Shown in pieces: positions 57,919 to 64,000 of a stretch of 64,000 bases of DNA; the stretch's first letter is position 1, and each line of letters starts with the position of its first letter. Both the position numbers and the translations under genes were made by a program. The DNA is from Candidatus Cloacimonadales bacterium. Lineage in GTDB: Bacteria > Cloacimonadota > Cloacimonadia > Cloacimonadales > JAFGVF01. Location: NCBI GenBank assembly GCA_963667035.1, contig OY762964.1, forward strand, positions 2,592,001 through 2,656,000, written 5' to 3'. The notes beneath the pieces are model-generated. The model was given only the letters and a program-made list of their open reading frames with translations, searched no databases and was not told the origin of the DNA.

Positions 57919-58473
57919 TTATTTACATCCGCCCATATTCATTTTATGCATTCTACCGTTAGGGAATGTCTTTATTGTTTCTTTAACTTCATTCTTTTGG
58001 TCGTCTGTTAGCTTATTATAGATGCTTTGAATCATCTTAATTCTGCTTTCATGCATTTTACCTTTTGCATTATTAATCTGCTCTGAAACTTTAAGAGCTT
58101 TGTTGAAGTCTGCATTCTTCATGTAGTTGTGCATATCAATTTCAAGGTTTTCAATTTCAGCTTTCTTGAGATTAGCTTCTTTTCTGTGATTTTCCTTAAT
58201 TAATGTAATGTCATCTTCCTGAGCATCTGTTAAGTCGAGTTTATAGATAGCCATCATCATTCCGTCACCATGCATTCCTTTGCCACAAGCATTGTGCTTC
58301 ATGCCTTGACCTTTCATTCCTTCGTGCCTCATTCCAAAACCTTCACCTCTCATTTCACCTTTACCCATCCTGCAATCGTCGTCTTTCATCATTCCGTTTC
58401 TGTGCAGTCCTTGAGCAAATACCGAGGCAACTAACATTGTTGCTATTGCTAATACTAATACTATCTTTTTCAT
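57919..58473 (-). CDS. Spy/CpxP family periplasmic chaperone
   Basis: Signal peptide, Met/Gly/His-rich N-terminus, two LTxxQ motifs (LTDAQ, LTDDQ). Confidence 0.85.
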   Translation of the reverse strand: MKKIVLVLAIATMLVASVFAQGLHRNGMMKDDDCRMGKGEMRGEGFGMRHEGMKGQGMKHNACGKGMHGDGMMMAIYKLDLTDAQEDDITLIKENHRKEANLKKAEIENLEIDMHNYMKNADFNKALKVSEQINNAKGKMHESRIKMIQSIYNKLTDDQKNEVKETIKTFPNGRMHKMNMGGCK

Positions 58474-58958
58474 TTTTCACTCCTTTCTTTTGGTCTCCTA
58501 TGCGGATACCTTTTATCAATGTGCCCATCAAAGGCATCTCTGTATTTTTTTGTTTCCTCAATTGAGGATGATTTTCTTATTTCTATAAGTTTACTTGAAA
58601 AGCTTTCACTTAAGACCTGTGATCTATCTGACATCATAGTTTTAAGAGAATCCAGTTTTGTATAGGATGGATTATCTTTCATTAACTCTTGAAAGAACTG
58701 TTTCTTCAAACCCTCAATCGTGCAGATATTATCTTTAATCTCTGTACTCATGAGCTTCTTCTTCATTTCATGAGGCAATCTATGTTCCGGTCCTCGAGGT
58801 CCTTTGAAATTTCTTACAGGAGGTCTTTCAAAAGGACGAGGAAAAGGACGTCCATCATACTTGGCAATCTGAATACCTCTAAAGATAAATGATGATATAA
58901 ACGCCAGATTAAATACTAATGATATAATCAAGAGGATATGATACTTTTTACTTATCAT
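58470..58958 (-). CDS. Periplasmic heavy-metal sensor / ZraP-like protein
   Basis: ISLVFNLAFI TM motif, Pro-rich linker, helical domain. Start moved to ATG 58958 with GGAG RBS. Confidence 0.6.
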   Translation of the reverse strand: MISKKYHILLIISLVFNLAFISSFIFRGIQIAKYDGRPFPRPFERPPVRNFKGPRGPEHRLPHEMKKKLMSTEIKDNICTIEGLKKQFFQELMKDNPSYTKLDSLKTMMSDRSQVLSESFSSKLIEIRKSSSIEETKKYRDAFDGHIDKRYPHRRPKERSEK

Positions 58959-58959
58959 T

Positions 58960-59361
58960 TTAATCTCCCAGCATTGAACTATACAAGAAAGTATTTTCAA
59001 CCGTATCGAGTGCAGACACATCGGTTGCACCAATTGACGCTGTTGACCAAAAAGCCGTGAAAATACCAAGGTAGAGGGATAGTGCTACTGCAGCTCCATA
59101 AGTTATAAACTTAAGATTAAATCCACGTCTTGTTTTTTCATCCATAGCTCGGGCTTCTGCCATAATCCTGACTGACAAATAATCAGGAGCTTCTACATCC
59201 GGAGTTGATTGCATGATTGAATCCAGTAATTCAGCTTTCTTGACTTCCGCTCGACACAGAGGGCATGCCTGAAGGTGAGTTTCATAACTCAATCTTTCTT
59301 CTCTGTCCATCTCGTTAGCAAGATATCTGTTTACTTTCTTATAGTTGTTTTTGCAATTCAT
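58960..59361 (-). CDS. Zinc-binding anti-sigma factor (zf-HC2)
   Basis: MNC...HLQACPLC (HxxxCxxC) followed by a TM helix; overlaps the ECF sigma stop. Confidence 0.85.
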   Translation of the reverse strand: MNCKNNYKKVNRYLANEMDREERLSYETHLQACPLCRAEVKKAELLDSIMQSTPDVEAPDYLSVRIMAEARAMDEKTRRGFNLKFITYGAAVALSLYLGIFTAFWSTASIGATDVSALDTVENTFLYSSMLGD

Positions 59362-59876
59362 TTTAAAACTCCTTCAATCATATTGACATTGGAAACTTCA
59401 ATTTCCTTCTCAATAATTTTTCTTAACCTCTTTTTTGCTCTTACAAGCTTGGATTCCAAGGCTTTAACAGAGCATCCAAGAGTATCCGCCATCTCTTTAT
59501 AACTGAGCTTTTGGTAATATTGTAATTCAATCAACATTGCCACTTTGGGCGGTAACTTTACTATAGCTTTTTTCACAACATCCATATAGATGTATTCTTC
59601 TTCCGATGGAGCATATATATTATCAATGACAAAATCCGGTGCAGACGTAATTTTCTTCTTTTTGTTCAAATAATTAATCGCTTGATTTCTAGCGGCTCTG
59701 TATAGATATGCAAGTTCTTTCCCATCTTCCACATCATCCATCTTCGCATAGAATTTCAAGAATACACTTTGAGTCAAATCCTCTGCATCTTCTTTTTGTC
59801 TTACAAACTTCAGAAGATAATTAAACAATCTCGTCTGATTATCTCTCACTACTTTTTCGAATAACTCTTTTTTCAT
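59358..59876 (-). CDS. ECF RNA polymerase sigma factor
   Basis: DAEDLTQSVFLK, YLYRAARN (region 2); LSYKEMADTLG..S.L.RAKKRLR (region 4). Confidence 0.92.
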   Translation of the reverse strand: MKKELFEKVVRDNQTRLFNYLLKFVRQKEDAEDLTQSVFLKFYAKMDDVEDGKELAYLYRAARNQAINYLNKKKKITSAPDFVIDNIYAPSEEEYIYMDVVKKAIVKLPPKVAMLIELQYYQKLSYKEMADTLGCSVKALESKLVRAKKRLRKIIEKEIEVSNVNMIEGVLK

Positions 59877-59945
59877 ATACGCTCCGTCTATATTGACAGC
59901 TAAAATTAAATTCCCTTCATTTTTTATATATTATTCCTCATATTA

Positions 59946-60189
59946 CTATTTACAAAGTAATTGTACCGTCCTTATCATGCAATCCTTTAATCCGGCATCG
60001 AAGAGTAGAGAGCCTTCTTTGTTGTAAATAGTTCTTGCTCGGGAGATAGTTAGGACTCCATCCTCGATCTCTTTAACTACTTTGCGTTTAAATACTTCAC
60101 TATAACATAATGCTGTTTTCTGTTTCATTTTCTATAAACCTTTACTCTCTCTCATTTCTTAATGTGTCTACTTTATTTAGGACGATATA
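59946..60189 (-). mobile_element. IS3-family remnant (truncated OrfA HTH plus left-IR-like end)
   Basis: YSEVFKRKVVKEIEDG.LTISRAR..Y (HTH_Tnp_1-like); IR-like TATATCGTCCTAAATAAAGTAGACACA at 60189-60163; no OrfB. Confidence 0.6.
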
Positions 60190-60194
60190 TTGGT

Positions 60195-60346
60195 TCCTTT
60201 TACTCGACCTCTAACCACAGGTTTATCTCGGGTTAGTCTCCCGTTGCCCTCCCGTTGGTCTCCCGTTGCTCGCAACGAGATAGAAACGGGAGAAAAATGA
60301 GACAGAAACTTGTGAAAATTCTCCGGTTGGTGGACGAGTAGAAGGA
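60195..60346 (+). repeat. Dispersed 11-bp-phased palindromic element, copy C, with 22-bp terminal inverted repeats
   Basis: Left TCCTTTTACTCGACCTCTAACC versus reverse complement of right end TCCTTCTACTCGTCCACCAACC; same core as copies A and B. Confidence 0.85.
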
Positions 60347-60699
60347 TGCAAAATAGATTGTGAGGAATATTCTGAAGTGAGCATTTAAGCGAAAAATAGT
60401 TAAAGAAATACTACATAGCGGATTATGAAGTTTAGTCAGTGAATAATCTTAGAAATTAAGATGGGATAAATAAAGATATGGTTAAATATTATCCGATAAG
60501 TATACAGCAATTACTTACATAATGGCATAAAAAGCAATTAAATATGCCTTTCAAGCTAGATTTCAACCCCAACAATTCTCTTGACATCAATGCTAAGCAG
60601 AAGTAATTAGAATAAACTCAGGGGTGAGTGTGATGGTATTTCTTGTGATAAGCAGAAAACAGATATCAGTCACAGCATTATATTGCATATAGGAGAAAC

Positions 60700-62148
60700 A
60701 TGAGAATAAAGATTAAAGAGGATAACGTACTGATATTCATACAGATGCTCATCATGATAGTAGCGGCTATTTTTTTCTCCTATAAAACAAGCCCAATTAT
60801 TAATAAATTCTTTTTTGCAATTTGTACAGCTCTATTTTTGTTCACTAAAAAGAATAACTATTTCTGGATATTCTTCACATTGCTGTTATTGGATCAATTC
60901 GGAGGCTTTTTCAGACAGGGTTATTATGAGTCTGATTTCGGTATACCAAGATTTAGACTGATAAGTGGATTTACTTTTGATTATTACGATATTTTTATAA
61001 TTATCTGTTTTGTAAAGGCCCAGACTTGGAGACATCTTAACATCGCTAAGTTTATCGGTTCCATAAAAGTGCTAATTTTCTATTTTATAATGCTGTATGT
61101 CCTGTCTGTCTCGATTGGAATGTCCTTAGATAAACATACAACAATGATGAGAATTATCTTCTTCTTTAGTAGTTTCTTATCATTCCAAGTGCTGATGGAT
61201 GAAAAGCAATTAGAAAAATTAGTAGCATTGGCACATAACTTTATGCCTATTGTATTGTTATTGCAGATATTTACTCTTGTGATGGGTAAATCGCCTTACA
61301 ATATGGTGATGGGTAGTGATCATGTTTTTGATTGGGATAATGCCGGTTTAGGCGGATATAGAGTTATCTATTCCGGTTTCTTAAATCTATTTAGTTATAT
61401 CACTTCGATATTTTTGTATAGATTGAAAGATAAAAACTTTAGTCAGGATAAGTTACTTTTAGTAATGTTAACTTGCTATATGTCAATACTTTTAACAGCT
61501 ACAAGAGGTTGGATTATATCCTATTCTTTCCTAATGCTCTATTTCTTCTTCTCAGAGTTGAGATTAAGATCCTCAAATAAACTTAGATATCTGCTTGTTG
61601 TTCCTATTTTCTTTATTATCTTACTGCAAATGTTCCCAATTCTTCAAACTCAGATAGAGTTGTCATTTAACAGGTTTCTCACAATTAGAGACATTGCAGG
61701 GGGTGATTTAACAGCCGGAGGAACTCTAAGTAGATTAACTGATAGAAGTGCTCCTGTTATGGATAAGTTCATGGAAAGTCCGATAATCGGATTTGGTTTC
61801 TCTAATCAGTATTTCGATAATGCTGACCAACATGTAGGGAATCAATCTCTACTTTTAAATGTGGGTGTAGTAGGATTCATCTTCTTCATAATGCTGATTT
61901 TAGAGATTTTATATATATTGAGTAAAACTCAGAGAAGATACTACTATGAACCTGATAAGAGGTCTGCCTTAAATGCCCTAAAGGTTAGTATAGTCTCTAT
62001 TTTGTTAATTCATTCAAGTTCAACTCAATTGTTGGGTTTTCATGTATTGCAGCATCAAAAGAAATTTATATTAATTACAGCAATAATAGTAGCTTTAATA
62101 CTGAAGAAATTCAGAATAAATCAAAAACAACAACAAATAAATATTTAG
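60700..62148 (+). CDS. O-antigen polymerase/ligase family (Wzy/WaaL-like) membrane protein
   Basis: Many TM helices, LLTATRG, PIIGFGF...HVG...L..VGVVG; precedes sugar-nucleotide genes. Confidence 0.75.
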   Translation: MRIKIKEDNVLIFIQMLIMIVAAIFFSYKTSPIINKFFFAICTALFLFTKKNNYFWIFFTLLLLDQFGGFFRQGYYESDFGIPRFRLISGFTFDYYDIFIIICFVKAQTWRHLNIAKFIGSIKVLIFYFIMLYVLSVSIGMSLDKHTTMMRIIFFFSSFLSFQVLMDEKQLEKLVALAHNFMPIVLLLQIFTLVMGKSPYNMVMGSDHVFDWDNAGLGGYRVIYSGFLNLFSYITSIFLYRLKDKNFSQDKLLLVMLTCYMSILLTATRGWIISYSFLMLYFFFSELRLRSSNKLRYLLVVPIFFIILLQMFPILQTQIELSFNRFLTIRDIAGGDLTAGGTLSRLTDRSAPVMDKFMESPIIGFGFSNQYFDNADQHVGNQSLLLNVGVVGFIFFIMLILEILYILSKTQRRYYYEPDKRSALNALKVSIVSILLIHSSSTQLLGFHVLQHQKKFILITAIIVALILKKFRINQKQQQINI

Positions 62149-62157
62149 GATAAGACG

Positions 62158-63306
62158 ATGAAGAAAGCAATAATTACGGGTGTTACAGGTCAAGATGGAG
62201 CGTATTTATCAGAGTTACTACTAAGCAAGGGATATATAGTCCATGGATTAAAGCGTAGAGCATCTCTGTTTAATACACAAAGAATTGATCATCTTTTCAA
62301 GGTAAATCGAGAAGAGCAGAATAAGTTTATGTATTATTATTGTGATCTTACTGACTCAACAAATCTGATACGTTTAATCCAGGAAATTCAACCTGATGAA
62401 ATATACAATCTTGCAGCTATGTCTCACGTAAAAGTGTCTTTTGATACTCCTGAATATACTGCAAATGCTGATGGAATTGGAACATTAAGAATATTGGAAG
62501 CTGTTAGAATTCTTGGTTTGGAAAACAAAACAAGAATATATCAGGCTTCGACCAGTGAGCTTTTTGGTAAAGTTCAAGAAATACCACAAAAAGAAACAAC
62601 TCCTTTCTACCCTCGTTCTCCCTACGGTTGTGCCAAGATGTATGCTTACTGGATTACCGTTAATTATAGAGAAGCTTATAATATGTATGCTTGTAATGGT
62701 ATTCTATTTAATCACGAATCACCCTTAAGAGGTGAGACCTTTGTTACCAGAAAGATAACAAGAGCCGTTGCAAATATCGCTTTGGGTATTCAACATAAAC
62801 TCTACCTAGGTAACTTAAATGCAAAACGTGATTGGGGTCATGCCAAAGACTATGTTGAAGCGATGTATTTAATGCTTCAGCAAGATACACCTGAAGATTT
62901 CGTGATTTCAACCGGGGTTACAACTCCCGTACGTGATTTTGTTAAAATGGCTTTTGCCAGAATAGGGGTAAATCTACGTTTCAAAGGCGAAGGATTGGAG
63001 GAAGTTGGTATTATTGATACGATTGATAACGATATATTCTTCTCTAAGGTTGGAATTAGCCCCGATAGTCTGTCAATCGGGCAAACAATCGTTGAAGTTG
63101 AACCATATTATTTCAGACCTACTGAAGTGGAATTGCTTATAGGAGATTCAACCAAAGCAAGAGAAAAACTCGGTTGGAAACCTAAATATGACTTGGAAAG
63201 CTTAGTAAATGAAATGGTTGATCATGATATGAGGCTGATAAAACAAGATACTTATTTGAAGAAAGGTGGATTCCACATTTCTCCTCAGATGGAGGATATT
63301 TTTTAA
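62158..63306 (+). CDS. gmd: GDP-mannose 4,6-dehydratase
   Basis: [66 protein letters not shown]. Confidence 0.97.
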   Translation: MKKAIITGVTGQDGAYLSELLLSKGYIVHGLKRRASLFNTQRIDHLFKVNREEQNKFMYYYCDLTDSTNLIRLIQEIQPDEIYNLAAMSHVKVSFDTPEYTANADGIGTLRILEAVRILGLENKTRIYQASTSELFGKVQEIPQKETTPFYPRSPYGCAKMYAYWITVNYREAYNMYACNGILFNHESPLRGETFVTRKITRAVANIALGIQHKLYLGNLNAKRDWGHAKDYVEAMYLMLQQDTPEDFVISTGVTTPVRDFVKMAFARIGVNLRFKGEGLEEVGIIDTIDNDIFFSKVGISPDSLSIGQTIVEVEPYYFRPTEVELLIGDSTKAREKLGWKPKYDLESLVNEMVDHDMRLIKQDTYLKKGGFHISPQMEDIF

Positions 63307-63346
63307 GCAATATGTACCCATTATTGAGTTCTAAACGGAGGAAGTA

Positions 63347-63871
63347 ATGTCATTTGATGCAAAAGTCATTAATTCAAAGGTGTTTAAAGAAGTAAAAATA
63401 TTTGAGCCGTCAGTTGGAAGAGACTCAAGAGGAACTATTTTTACAACTTACGACCATAAGATATACGATAAATATATACCTGAAAACTTATCTTTTGTTC
63501 ATGATAAGTTCTCAGAATCTAAGCAGAATGTGCTTAGGGGATTACATGGAGATGCCAAATCTTGGAAACTTGTGTCATGTATTCATGGAGAAATATTTCA
63601 GGTTATAGTTGATATGCGGCCGGACTCTCCAACTTATCTGCAATGGGAGTCGTGGATAGTTAATGATGTTAATAAGCATCAAATTCTCATACCACAAGGT
63701 TTTCTGAATGGGTATTACGTCATGAGTGAGAAAGTTGTTTATCATTATAAATATGCTTATGCAGGAGAATATTTGGATGTAAAAGACCAGATGGTTGTGA
63801 AGTGGGATGACGAAAGAATAAATATAAAATGGCCTTGTCAGAACCCGATTCTGAGTGGAAGGGATAAATAG
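63347..63871 (+). CDS. rmlC: dTDP-4-dehydrorhamnose 3,5-epimerase family protein
   Basis: DSRG, S.S...VLRGLH, KLVSC..G....VIVDMRPDSPTY, IPQGF.NG, W.D..I.I.WP. Confidence 0.85.
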   Translation: MSFDAKVINSKVFKEVKIFEPSVGRDSRGTIFTTYDHKIYDKYIPENLSFVHDKFSESKQNVLRGLHGDAKSWKLVSCIHGEIFQVIVDMRPDSPTYLQWESWIVNDVNKHQILIPQGFLNGYYVMSEKVVYHYKYAYAGEYLDVKDQMVVKWDDERINIKWPCQNPILSGRDK

Positions 63872-63879
63872 GAGTTGTT

Positions 63880-64000
63880 ATGAAAAGAGACAAACAAATA
63901 GGTGTTGGTGGAATTGCCTTAGATAAAGAAGAAAAGAGATATTTGAACGAAGTAATCGAGAGCAATAGATTGTCCTATGGTCCAATGACTAAGAAGTTTG
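63880..64000 (+). CDS. Probable DegT/DnrJ/EryC1/StrS aminotransferase, 5' fragment
   Basis: MKRDKQIGVGGIALDKEEKRYLNEVIESNRLSYGPMTKKF after an AGGAG RBS; runs off the window. Confidence 0.65.
   Translation, partial: MKRDKQIGVGGIALDKEEKRYLNEVIESNRLSYGPMTKKF

Noticed and set aside
1..64000. tRNA, rRNA, integrase or prophage
   Set aside because: None recognised by eye. tRNAscan and Rfam were not run, so small RNAs may have been missed.

Overview
AT-rich bacterial window, inferred to be FCB-superphylum and most like Candidatus Cloacimonadota, because several large acidic secreted proteins end in an 'N(Y/A)(Y)PNPF..' FlgD-Ig/T9SS-type C-terminal domain. Contents in order: comF-purQ-purS; xylB-xylA; a 1820-aa modular surface protein; DUF1801 and VOC genes; a chromate-transporter pair with mnmA-murA-prmC; a BNR-propeller/lamin-tail/OB-fold secreted protein; a near-complete type IVa pilus cluster (no pilD) with a sigma54-type promoter and an Ig-repeat lipoprotein between pilQ and pilB; small secreted proteins; a VanZ-Mth938 fusion and a TPR gene; three tandem mosaic ~1350-aa surface-protein paralogs; an ECF sigma/anti-sigma/ZraP/Spy cassette; an IS3 relic; and the start of a polysaccharide locus (wzy-like, gmd, rmlC, DegT-type). 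Most notable unexplained signals: (1) the three paralogs end in an FN3 domain that seems to lack its last strand, while a nearby secreted protein begins with a matching strand, suggesting a strand-complementation anchoring system; (2) a stem-loop with a conserved C/A-rich loop but different stems lies upstream of all three paralogs; (3) a dispersed family of 11-bp-phased inverted arrays sits at operon boundaries. All calls were made by eye and no searches were run.
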